The position numbers and the translations under genes were made by a program. A stretch of DNA of 36,681 nt, taken from the IMG/VR virus record IMGVR_UViG_3300038321_000136, positions 1-36,681 of that record; one strand, given 5' to 3'. This document shows positions 1 through 7,439 of the stretch, piece after piece. This DNA is from a virus. The notes under the pieces were generated by a model, which worked only from the letters and a program-made list of their open reading frames with translations, was not told where the DNA came from and did no database searches. The stretch's first letter is position 1. Each line of letters starts with the position of its first letter.

Positions 1-99
1 CGGGCATCCCGAGGCTCCGGGCGAGGCGATACTCCTGCAGTGCCCCCCGAGACTTGGTCCACGACCCGACCATGCAGATCGCATCGGACCGGCGGAGGA
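1..99. repeat. Terminal direct repeat, copy A (identical to 36583..36681). It indicates either a circular-assembly overlap or terminal redundancy.
   Basis: Bases 1-99 (cgggcatcccgaggctcc...ccggcggagga) recur base-for-base as the last 99 bases of the window. Confidence 0.95.
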
Positions 100-325
100 G
101 TTCGAGGTCCCCCTGGATCCACGTCTCGTAGGGGATGCCGGCGGCGTGCTCGAACCCGGCGCAGTTTTTGTGGGGGCACAGGGTCGCCCACCCGTCCCGC
201 CAGGCGACGAGGGCCGCCTCGGAGGCGAGGAGGATGTTCCGAGGGATGCCGTGCACCGGGTCGGGGTGGCTGAACGGGCCGGAGATGTAGAGGACGCGGG
301 GGCCGGTGGGGGTCGGGGGGGTCAT
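1..325 (-). CDS. DUF4406/DUF1937-like protein (nucleoside 2-deoxyribosyltransferase-like), N-terminal part. The gene is cut by the linearisation point and continues at 36582..36494, giving 137 aa on the circle.
   Basis: ATG at 325 forms an ATGA overlap with the upstream stop. Translation reads MTPPTPTGPRVLYISGPFSHPDP...CPHKNCAGFEH...GDLELLRRSDAICMVGSWTKSRGALQEYRLA. The frame runs off position 1 and continues in frame through the repeat. Confidence 0.7.
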   Translation of the reverse strand, partial: MTPPTPTGPRVLYISGPFSHPDPVHGIPRNILLASEAALVAWRDGWATLCPHKNCAGFEHAAGIPYETWIQGDLELLRRSDAICMVGSWTKSRGALQEYRLARSLGMP

Positions 326-840
326 GATCCCACCCCCTTCTTGATGCGTTCGATTTTGCGGGCGTAGGGGGATTTGTAATTTCGGCGCATAGATGCATTG
401 TGGCATGATTTAGAGCAGAATTTCGGGAGACTGCCAAGGTTTCTATATTGCGAATCTACCTGAGATTTCAAGCGGCGAAATTCAGTTCCGCACGCTTCAC
501 ATATGAAGGATATCCGCGCCCCCGGCCAGTTTTCCGCAACCTTGCACGAGGGGGACTTGCCACACAGATAATTTTTCCGGGATCGTTCGAGACAGCCATC
601 GCGATCTCTGGCATACGCATCGCGGCGGTATTCCCTCAATTTCTCTGCATGAGTTGTTCTGTATTTTCGATCAGCCGCTTTCATTACCTCGGGGAGGTCT
701 TTCCGGCGTTTCTTGGCGTATTCATTTCTACATGCGTTGCACTCACTGCGTAACCCACTTCTATTCCGTTTATCTATTCCAAACGCCTCCCGGGGTTTCA
801 TCTCGCCACACTTGGAGCAGCGTTTCGTGTTACCAGTCAT
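322..840 (-). CDS. Cys-rich zinc-ribbon protein (172 aa). It resembles the DNA-binding modules attached to phage homing endonucleases, but no nuclease motif was seen.
   Basis: ATG at 840 forms an ATGA overlap with the upstream stop. Motifs are CSKCGEMKPREAF...SECNACRNEY and FICEACGTEF...FCSKSCHNAS. The DNA is visibly AT-richer than the flanks. Confidence 0.6.
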   Translation of the reverse strand: MTGNTKRCSKCGEMKPREAFGIDKRNRSGLRSECNACRNEYAKKRRKDLPEVMKAADRKYRTTHAEKLREYRRDAYARDRDGCLERSRKNYLCGKSPSCKVAENWPGARISFICEACGTEFRRLKSQVDSQYRNLGSLPKFCSKSCHNASMRRNYKSPYARKIERIKKGVGS

Positions 841-1112
841 GGCTGCTCCTCCCATACAACGATCCGGTCCAGGTTGATCTCCGCATCCTTGTCCAGGACG
901 AGGAGCGGAGCGAGCCCTTCCTTCGCCGGCGGCCGCCAGTCGGGACCCTCCTGCTCCAGCGGGCACCAGGCTGGGATCACGAAGAAGTCCTCGAACAGGC
1001 GGAGTGTCTGCACCCCATCGATGTCCACGAGGGCCTCAGGGTGTCGACACCCTCGTGAGCCGTAGGCGTGGGGGCAGCGGTCGCATGTCTCGACGCGAAT
1101 GATCCGGGTCAT
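837..1112 (-). CDS. Hypothetical protein (91 aa) with a CxxC motif.
   Basis: ATG at 1112 forms an ATGA overlap with the upstream stop. Translation begins MTRIIRVETCDRCPHAYGSRGCRHPE... Confidence 0.55.
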   Translation of the reverse strand: MTRIIRVETCDRCPHAYGSRGCRHPEALVDIDGVQTLRLFEDFFVIPAWCPLEQEGPDWRPPAKEGLAPLLVLDKDAEINLDRIVVWEEQP

Positions 1113-1507
1113 GACCGCTCGCCTCCTGTCAGCCCCTCGGCGAGATTCTCCCAGCGATGATCCTGCTGGAGCAAGGCGAGCAGGTCCGACCACCGCAGGA
1201 CCGCGAGGGGCTCCTCCCGGTTGCGCTTGAACGCCAAAAGCGGGATAAGCCCCACTTTTGAGGCGTTGTTCTCGCACTGTTTCCACCATGCCGGCAGCGA
1301 GATGGTCTCCTGGGCTTTGCACTCGACTCCGAACGGGAACACGCTCCGCGCTGCCGGGGAGAGGTAGAGGTCGCAGCCCGCCTGCCCCATCGCAGTTGAG
1401 AGGATGTCGTCGGGGTTGATGCCGAGGTGGTCGATCAGGTCCTGCCGGACCGCCTGCTGCAGCCGCCGGCCCTTGGCCTTGCGGGAGGCAGGAGTAGTAG
1501 CGACCAC
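1109..1507 (-). CDS. Putative PD-(D/E)XK nuclease (Holliday-junction-resolvase-like).
   Basis: GTG start at 1507. The N-terminus is basic (SRKAKGRRLQQAV). GCDLYL...FPFGVECKAQE fits a D...E-x-K core. Confidence 0.5.
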   Translation of the reverse strand: MVATTPASRKAKGRRLQQAVRQDLIDHLGINPDDILSTAMGQAGCDLYLSPAARSVFPFGVECKAQETISLPAWWKQCENNASKVGLIPLLAFKRNREEPLAVLRWSDLLALLQQDHRWENLAEGLTGGERS

Positions 1508-1527
1508 TCAGACCGCCCCCTGCAACC

Positions 1528-1912
1528 TTATGAGTTTATGAGTTCTATGAGTTTGTTTCCAGTCCCTTCTTGTACATGTTTTTACTCTAGTACTGTACTG
1601 TTTTTCCTCACGCGTATAGGCTGGGGGAAACTCATAAAACTCATACTGGGTATACAATCTCCCAGTAAAACACGCAAACCCCTTATCGGGGCGCGGAGAA
1701 GCCTTAAGAAACTCATGAGTTTCATCTACGCCGCCCCTTTTTATGAGTTTTATGAGTTTGTTTCCTATCGAAACGCCATGAGTTTTATGAGTTTTATGAG
1801 TTTGTTTCCCGGTCGAAATTATCGCGCAACCCTCTCGAATGAGTTTATGAGTTTTATGAGTTTGTTTCCCGGTCAAAAATTTTATGAGTTTTATGAGTTT
1901 GTTTCCCGGTCG
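1528..1912. repeat. Iteron array, putative replication origin. About 9-bp units ATGAGTTT(T) are grouped in five direct clusters, each ending GTTTCC(CGGTCG), plus inverted copies and a 16-bp palindrome.
   Basis: Direct clusters lie at 1530-1560, 1743-1765, 1778-1815, 1839-1874 and 1884-1912. Inverted units lie at 1628-1644. The perfect palindrome GAAACTCATGAGTTTC is at 1708-1723. The array lies in a 420-bp non-coding gap immediately downstream of the replication protein gene. Confidence 0.75.
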
Positions 1913-1929
1913 AATCGTCTGTGTCATGC

Positions 1930-4779
1930 TCACGGCACCTCCTTGTCTATGAGTTTCGGATCGGCGTCTTGTGTCTGTACGATGACCCACTGGGCGGCCC
2001 TGTTCACCGTCTGCCCGCGTGCGATCATGAGTCCCGAGGGGAACCGGCGGCGGTCCTGCCGGGCGAGTGCCCGCCCGAGAGTATGGGAGAATGATCTGCG
2101 CGGGTCACTGAACGCGGCCCCGAGATCGTCCGGCAGCCCGTCCGTGATCCGGACCTTGAACGCGGTCACTTCCTTGACCTCGCGATCCAGGCGCGCCTTT
2201 AATTCAGCGACTGTCCACGGGGTCGAGCCGAACGCGTCATAGATCCCCGACAAGAACGCTTCCCACTGTCGGAGTTCTACGTCGGCCTCTAGGTAGGTCT
2301 CCATCGCGTTCGCCATGAACTCGGTCGCACCGGCGAATTCCAGGACCCCGCCGACAACCCGACGCCAGTCCTCGAACCCTCCGAGCGGGGGCATCTTTTC
2401 AGGGTCCGGACACCCGGCCCGGATCCATGCCCGGCCGAGGGTCAGCGCAGCCGCCACAATACGGCCCCGGTGCTCCTTCACCCAGCCGATCAGGTCGGGG
2501 TGCTGGAAATCCTCCCGGAGCCACGGCATAGCCTGCTCCGCGTCCATGCGGGAGAGATAGAGCCGGCGGGCAAGGTCGCCCCCGATCTGCACATTATTTC
2601 CGTTCGCCATCCAGACGGTCCGCTGCGGCACCCAGATATCCTCAGACTTCCCGAGCACCCGGCCCTTCCACTCCCACGCCGTCAGGAGCGCCGCCAGCAC
2701 GTCCGACCGGAAGTTCCCTTCCAGGTTATCCCAGATATGTGCCGGTGCGCCCGACATGAGAGTAGAGAGAGCACGTTTCTCCCATTCTTCGGGTGACTTC
2801 GGGGTCACGCTCGCCGGCGGGGTCTCCCCAGTGATCGCGGTATACGTCGCCCCTTGTGCGAGCGAGGCCCCGGTCCCGGCCTGCGGTTTCACCAGCATCC
2901 AGCACGGCACCGGGCCGGCGATGATCGGCCGGAAGATCCCCGTGAGGATCGCCCCGACGGCGTTCCACCGGCTCGCCGTATCCACCCACGGAAAATCGCA
3001 ATAGATCTCAAGGAGCACAGCCTTCGCCGCCTCGACGTCTTCAGGGGTCGGGTCGTCCGGCACCTCGCCGAGCACGAACCCCGGCTCCGGGGCGAGATAC
3101 ATGCACGTGACTGGGTCGTATCCTTCCACGACACGGATCGTCCCGTCCAGGTGCAGGATCGGGCTCTTCGCGATCCCGTGCAGCGGCGGCAGCGGCCAAT
3201 CAGTATCCGGCCGGTTCAGCACGTCGCGCACAATCGAGATCGGCGGATACTCCGGCCGTTCCCGAATGGTTCCGCCCTTCTCGACCTTCATCGAGATCCA
3301 GACTGCCACACGGTCCATAACTCCACGGAGCCCGTGCTCCGTAAGCGGCCGGATCGTCGGGCGGGCATACTCGTCCCGCTCCACCCTGACCGGGCCGGCA
3401 GCGCGACGGAACATTGTCGGGGGGTCGTTCGCCTCCGTGAGTGCTCGGATGGCATCGGCTGTCACCTCGTGCATGTGGCGGTTCGTCAGGAGGATCGTCG
3501 GGAGCACCACCGGCACCTCCACGATCGCCTGTTCTTCGCCTTCGCCTTCCGGCGCGGTCGTGACCGTAGTAACCTCACGCTTCCCGCGCTCCCACTCCCA
3601 CTCCTTGATCTGCTCGCCGTAGCCCCTGGCCTCCAGCACATCGAAGACAGCCGGCCAATGCCCTTGCAGGCATCCGGGACAGGCATCCGCGCAATCGATG
3701 ATCCCCTCTGCGACCGCGAGAGCCTCAAGCGGACCCCCTCCGGTCTGATGACGACGGCACCACCACTCCTGGTTGTTCGCCGAGATCGTCAGGTTCGTGC
3801 CGGTCTCGGAGCCGTGCACCGGGTGCACGCCCTCGATCTCCCCGGTGTCCCGGACGGTCGGGTTCTGGGGCATCAGGAAGTCTGTCACCCGCAGGTCGAG
3901 CGCGTCCGAGATCGTGATACTCCGGGGCGTCCGCGGGATGCGGGGGACCGTAATCTCCCGCTGTGGGGGCGTGCACGGGTCGACGACCAGCGCCTTCAGC
4001 TCCGCCCACGGGATCTCCAGCAGCGGCGCATCGTTCGCAATCTCGTAGCGTCCGCCAGAGGGATGAGTGCAGCCCGGCCCCACGCAGAACGACGGATGAC
4101 CACTCCCGCGCAGGTCGCCGAGGTCCTCTCGGGTCTCAGGGTCGCGAAGGATAAACTTCTCCGCCGGCGCGTCCGGGCACCGGAGATAGAAGTGCGAACC
4201 GAACCCATCCTTTCTCCCGGTCCGGACGACGAACGTGTCGAGGAGCCGGTCAAGCACGCCCATCTCCATGAGCCGGTCGGTCTTGTCTGCGTCGAGGATA
4301 CAGACTCCTCCATCTGGCATCACGCCGTAGTTCCCGCCGGCCGCGATGTGTGCCAGGAGCCGGGGATCATCGTACGCATAATTCGCCGTCGTCTGCCAGC
4401 CTTTCTCGATGGCCGGCTTGTCCTTCGGTTTTACGAGGATGAACCGGCAGCCGCGGAGTTGCTCCGGTATTTCCAGGACCCCTCCTCGTGGCGCACTTTC
4501 AGCACCTCGCGGACCCATCGCCTCATGTTTTTCGTCGCTCTGTCTCGTCTCCACGGTAGGCATCGCTTGCTGCGTGCCACCGACCGCAACAGCGGCCGGT
4601 TTGATAGTTGCCATAGAGGCCGCCGGTTTGTCGTCTGATAACTCCTTCGATACATCTGATAAACCCCCGGGTGTTATATCCGCCTGAGCCGCGGGAGCGG
4701 GTCCCCCCGCCATGATCCGCTCGTATTCCGAGCGCGGGATCATATGTCCCCGATACCAGGTCATCGGCTCAGGACTCAT
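1930..4779 (-). CDS. Replication protein (949 aa): N-terminal bifunctional primase-polymerase (PrimPol) domain, a zinc/HGS module and a large C-terminal domain that may be helicase-like.
   Basis: CRFILVKPKDKPAIEKGWQ...GGNYGVMPDGGVCILDADK...SHFYLRC matches PrimPol motifs. VHPVHGSETGTNLTI...WWCRRHQTGGGPLEALA matches the primase HGS...W-C-x-x-H module. AGTGAS could be a degenerate P-loop. Confidence 0.85.
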   Translation of the reverse strand: MSPEPMTWYRGHMIPRSEYERIMAGGPAPAAQADITPGGLSDVSKELSDDKPAASMATIKPAAVAVGGTQQAMPTVETRQSDEKHEAMGPRGAESAPRGGVLEIPEQLRGCRFILVKPKDKPAIEKGWQTTANYAYDDPRLLAHIAAGGNYGVMPDGGVCILDADKTDRLMEMGVLDRLLDTFVVRTGRKDGFGSHFYLRCPDAPAEKFILRDPETREDLGDLRGSGHPSFCVGPGCTHPSGGRYEIANDAPLLEIPWAELKALVVDPCTPPQREITVPRIPRTPRSITISDALDLRVTDFLMPQNPTVRDTGEIEGVHPVHGSETGTNLTISANNQEWWCRRHQTGGGPLEALAVAEGIIDCADACPGCLQGHWPAVFDVLEARGYGEQIKEWEWERGKREVTTVTTAPEGEGEEQAIVEVPVVLPTILLTNRHMHEVTADAIRALTEANDPPTMFRRAAGPVRVERDEYARPTIRPLTEHGLRGVMDRVAVWISMKVEKGGTIRERPEYPPISIVRDVLNRPDTDWPLPPLHGIAKSPILHLDGTIRVVEGYDPVTCMYLAPEPGFVLGEVPDDPTPEDVEAAKAVLLEIYCDFPWVDTASRWNAVGAILTGIFRPIIAGPVPCWMLVKPQAGTGASLAQGATYTAITGETPPASVTPKSPEEWEKRALSTLMSGAPAHIWDNLEGNFRSDVLAALLTAWEWKGRVLGKSEDIWVPQRTVWMANGNNVQIGGDLARRLYLSRMDAEQAMPWLREDFQHPDLIGWVKEHRGRIVAAALTLGRAWIRAGCPDPEKMPPLGGFEDWRRVVGGVLEFAGATEFMANAMETYLEADVELRQWEAFLSGIYDAFGSTPWTVAELKARLDREVKEVTAFKVRITDGLPDDLGAAFSDPRRSFSHTLGRALARQDRRRFPSGLMIARGQTVNRAAQWVIVQTQDADPKLIDKEVP

Positions 4780-5215
4780 CGGCGATCACCCAGTGCGGAT
4801 TATAGGTCCCGAACCGCTGCCAGCCTCGCTCGATCGCCGGCTTATCCTTCGGCTTTACGAGGATGAACCGGCAGCCGCGGAGCTGCTCCGGGATGATTGA
4901 TCTCAGAAGATCGTCGGCAGTCGTACTAGAACCATCCGGTGCAGCCGCCCTTCCTGTAGGCTCTCTTGAATCATCTCCATCGGGAACCATGCTCTCCACA
5001 CATTCCGGCGCCACCGGGGGCGCTTCGCTCTGTTTACCATTTACATCACACCGGGCCACCTTACACGGATCATGGTCCACAGAGAGGGCGCTTGCTGCCG
5101 CGACCTCCGCGACCCCCTTCCCCGCATTGACGGGCGCTTCCCCCGCCATGATCCGCTCGTATTCGGCACGAGGGATCATATGTCCCCGATACCAGGTCAT
5201 CGGCTCAGGACTCAT
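4769..5215 (-). CDS. Truncated paralogue of the PrimPol N-terminus (148 aa), created by a partial tandem duplication. It may be functional or a pseudogene-like remnant.
   Basis: It starts MSPEPMTWYRGHMIPRAEYERIMAG, nearly identical to the PrimPol start. It shares IPEQLRGCRFILVKPKDKPAIERGWQ, then ends RFGTYNPHWVIADES, which is identical to the C-terminus of the upstream gene. Confidence 0.5.
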   Translation of the reverse strand: MSPEPMTWYRGHMIPRAEYERIMAGEAPVNAGKGVAEVAAASALSVDHDPCKVARCDVNGKQSEAPPVAPECVESMVPDGDDSREPTGRAAAPDGSSTTADDLLRSIIPEQLRGCRFILVKPKDKPAIERGWQRFGTYNPHWVIADES

Positions 5216-5459
5216 CGGCGATCACCCAGTGCGGATTATAGGTCCCGAACCGCTGCCAGTCGAGGAGCGCCCGGGCGTCGACCTGGTCCACGGTGAGCGC
5301 CTGGTATCGTCCAGGTGCAAGCGGAGCCCACGCAGCCACTTTGGCACGGACTGCCCGTGCAGATCCTTCCCCAACGATCTTCCCGAGAACGCCGTCATAG
5401 AGATAATGCTGCCCGCCTCGTGGCGTGACGCCGAACGCTGCAAGCCCTGTTGCTGTCAA
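5205..5459 (-). CDS. Hypothetical protein (about 84 aa). The start is uncertain: TTG at 5459 overlaps the preceding stop as TTGA, and the alternative is ATG at 5588.
   Basis: The frame ends ...LLDWQRFGTYNPHWVIADES. Upstream of 5459 this frame has poor third-position GC and is occupied by other frames. Confidence 0.4.
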   Translation of the reverse strand: MTATGLAAFGVTPRGGQHYLYDGVLGKIVGEGSARAVRAKVAAWAPLAPGRYQALTVDQVDARALLDWQRFGTYNPHWVIADES

Positions 5460-5548
5460 AGTGCTGCCCCCAGTATGAAGAATAAAAGAATCAGGGTCTC
5501 CAGGACGACGCCGAACATCATCCCGGCGAGGAACCACAGGAACCTCAT
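5456..5548 (-). CDS. Hydrophobic micropeptide (30 aa), predicted single transmembrane helix.
   Basis: ATG at 5548 directly follows the TGA of the upstream gene (TGAATG). Translation is MRFLWFLAGMMFGVVLETLILLFFILGAAL. Third positions are mostly G/C in this frame but not in the overlapping frame. Confidence 0.35.
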   Translation of the reverse strand: MRFLWFLAGMMFGVVLETLILLFFILGAAL

Positions 5549-6004
5549 TCAGACCGCCAGCCCGGTGCAGTATCCCTCTGATGAACATACCGGGTCCGAT
5601 AGACCCTTGTTCATCCAGCACAGGAATTCTTCGAGGTTGAGGACTGCGAACACTTTTTCGCCATCCACTTGTGCCTTCAGCCAGGCCACTGCCCCGGGCT
5701 TGTGCCCCCCTCCCGCAATGACAATCACAGCAGGGCACGGGAACACCTGCCGGACGTTCTCGACCAGATAGGGGAACTTCTCGTCGGCGGAGCCCCCGCT
5801 CCCCTGCCACTTTGACTCGATGATGAGGCCGCCGGGAAACTCGGGGATATTGGAAACAAAGAAGTCGCAGTACAACTTGTGGCCGTAGATACTCTTGCCG
5901 AGATACGCCTGCCTCTCGAACGAGTATCCCCTCTCGCGAAGCATACATGCGATTACTCGCTCGGCCCGCTGGCCGGTCTGGTTTGCGCGGGTGCCGTCAG
6001 TCAT
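5549..6004 (-). CDS. PD-(D/E)XK-family nuclease (restriction-endonuclease-like), 151 aa.
   Basis: ATG at 6004 forms an ATGA overlap. GQRAERVIACMLRERGY...YCDFFV...GGLIIESKWQGSGGSADEKFPYLVENV fits a D...E-x-K core. Confidence 0.6.
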   Translation of the reverse strand: MTDGTRANQTGQRAERVIACMLRERGYSFERQAYLGKSIYGHKLYCDFFVSNIPEFPGGLIIESKWQGSGGSADEKFPYLVENVRQVFPCPAVIVIAGGGHKPGAVAWLKAQVDGEKVFAVLNLEEFLCWMNKGLSDPVCSSEGYCTGLAV

Positions 6005-6237
6005 ACTAGAAATCCCCCGGAAAAACCCGTGCCCTCGAACCACGGCGGCGCTGTTGCGTCAACAACACGAGACAGGATAACTATCCTGTGCCCCTCCTCT
6101 TTCAGCTGCGTGTATACTGACTGAGCCTCCTCTCCGGTTGCACACACATGGAATGCGAGAGTATAACACTCAAGTTCATCGCCGAGGGTTTCGTCATCCT
6201 CGGCGATCCACGAAACCACCCATGACAATTCAGTCAT
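6001..6237 (-). CDS. Hypothetical acidic protein (78 aa).
   Basis: ATG at 6237 lies 8 nt inside the end of the upstream gene. No other frame is open here. Confidence 0.5.
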   Translation of the reverse strand: MTELSWVVSWIAEDDETLGDELECYTLAFHVCATGEEAQSVYTQLKEEGHRIVILSRVVDATAPPWFEGTGFSGGFLV

Positions 6238-7324
6238 ACTGCATCATCTCCTCCTCCTCGATCGCCCGGTAGATCGGGCCGTGGTGCTTGAAGCAGTGAT
6301 AAAAGTCCTGCTCGTGGTCTCCGAGATAGAAGATCGCAGACGGGAACGGCGCCGAGTTAGAGGTCTTCATCCCAGGAGTTGAGAAGAGGAGCCGCCCCTC
6401 GACGGCGCACCACATCGCGCCGTAATTGACAAGCAAGTTGAACCACCGCGTATCCGTCCGAGCGGCAATCAAGATGATTGCTTCAGATATGTTGCCGGCC
6501 TGATACTCGGCAGAGACCTTCTCGACCCACTGCGCCACCTCGCGACCGTATGGCGGGTTCATGTAGACTTTGCCGTGCCATGCCCGGGAGAGCCCGTCGT
6601 CTTCGCGAGTATAGTGCTCCTTCGCCGGCACGTTCGCGTCGGCGCCCTTCCCGTTGCTGCACGGGTCAAGGTCGATCGCCCCGAAGAGTTCGAGGACGGA
6701 CTCGATGATGATCTCCGGGGTATACCACTCCGGGGTCTCGCTGGTATAGAGCTGCTTCGCAGTCTCCGTGATCGCCTTCTGCGGAAGCTTCGTCGCGCCG
6801 CTCAGGATCTTCTGTTTTGCCTCGTCGCCGTATGTGCTGGCGATCGTGTCGACGGCGTCGGCGAACTTCTCGGCGTTCTTGACGGTCCGGTCTGAGACAT
6901 TGAACTGCTCGGCGATACGCTCGGCAGTTTTTTGCTGGGGGAAATTGTTTCCCCCACCAGTGTACTGGTTTCCTTTGAAGGTGTCTGTGACCTTCGTCTC
7001 CCGGTAGATCTTTCCGATGAGGTATGCCCTCTGTGCCGGGGAGATGTTCCGTCGCCCGAGTTGGTTCAAAATTATCCAGTTCTTGGCCTCTTCGCGGGAG
7101 GAGAACTGTCGCTCCTCGACGCGGAACGGGATGTTGTTGGCCTTGCAGATCGTATAGCGGTGATGCCCATCGACCAGCACGGCCACACCGTTCTGCCGCC
7201 ACACGACGAGCGGGTCGCGGCACCCGTCCTCGATGAGGTTCTGGTTTAACTGAGAAAACTCTTCGGCGGTTAGCGGGATAATCCAGTCCCGGAACTCTGG
7301 GTCAATGGTGAAGTCAGGGGTCAT
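6230..7324 (-). CDS. ParB-like nuclease domain fused to a phage Dam-type DNA N6-adenine methyltransferase.
   Basis: The N-terminus CRDPLVVWRQ...VLVDGHHRY is ParB-like. The C-terminus EWYTPEIIIESVLELFGAIDLDPCS...EDDGLSRAWHGKVYMNPPYGREVAQWVEK...ARTDTRWF matches the phage Dam (NPPY) family. Confidence 0.85.
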   Translation of the reverse strand: MTPDFTIDPEFRDWIIPLTAEEFSQLNQNLIEDGCRDPLVVWRQNGVAVLVDGHHRYTICKANNIPFRVEERQFSSREEAKNWIILNQLGRRNISPAQRAYLIGKIYRETKVTDTFKGNQYTGGGNNFPQQKTAERIAEQFNVSDRTVKNAEKFADAVDTIASTYGDEAKQKILSGATKLPQKAITETAKQLYTSETPEWYTPEIIIESVLELFGAIDLDPCSNGKGADANVPAKEHYTREDDGLSRAWHGKVYMNPPYGREVAQWVEKVSAEYQAGNISEAIILIAARTDTRWFNLLVNYGAMWCAVEGRLLFSTPGMKTSNSAPFPSAIFYLGDHEQDFYHCFKHHGPIYRAIEEEEMMQYD

Positions 7325-7439
7325 TCGTGCATCCTCCAGTAAAATCAGAAAGGGTAGTTTTCGTCACCTGTGTCGGCACCGGGCGCCCGGACGCTGCGAG
7401 GGCAGCCAACTCTTCCCGTAGAGCGTCGTATGCCAGCAT
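7314..7439 (-). CDS. Possible small ORF (41 aa).
   Basis: ATG at 7439 shares one base with the upstream TGA (TGATG). Translation is MLAYDALREELAALAASGRPVPTQ.... It would fill an otherwise 114-bp gap. There is no other support. Confidence 0.25.
   Translation of the reverse strand: MLAYDALREELAALAASGRPVPTQVTKTTLSDFTGGCTNDP

Noticed and set aside
322-966. Extended N-termini given by the ORF track for 322..966, 837..1322, 9597..10931, 11523..11795, 12643..13176, 20452..21462, 26408..26797, 28869..30119, 29957..30862 and 34581..35837.
   Set aside because: The extensions overlap the preceding gene in another frame and are Arg/Gly/Pro-rich. In every case an internal ATG sits exactly at an ATGA or TGATG overlap with the upstream stop, so the shorter genes were adopted.
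1528-1912. A CRISPR or mini-CRISPR array.
   Set aside because: The repeat units are only about 9 bp, are directly tandem within clusters, and lack spacers of regular length. No other regularly spaced repeats were seen in the window.
1427-2242. ORFs crossing the iteron region (1427..2242 on the plus strand and 1508..1990 on the minus strand).
   Set aside because: Their translations are just the repeats read through (FMSFMS..., THKTHK...). The region is better explained as a non-coding origin.
2854-4638. Long plus-strand ORFs antisense to well-supported genes. These are 2854..4638, 4863..5771, 9520..10221, 21273..23006, 23472..24545, 28860..29927, 30697..32364, 33386..34615 and 34911..36197.
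   Set aside because: They are Arg/Pro/Gly-rich shadow frames typical of GC-rich DNA. Each lies opposite a minus-strand gene with recognisable motifs (PrimPol, tape measure, portal, terminase, methyltransferase), and none has a plausible start context.
4393-5259. The PrimPol-region duplication as a pure assembly artefact (two strain variants concatenated).
   Set aside because: The L1-to-R2 junction rests on only a 7-bp microhomology, which is too short to mislead a large-k assembler, and it creates an intact in-frame ORF. Read-level confirmation is still required, so this remains a stated caveat.
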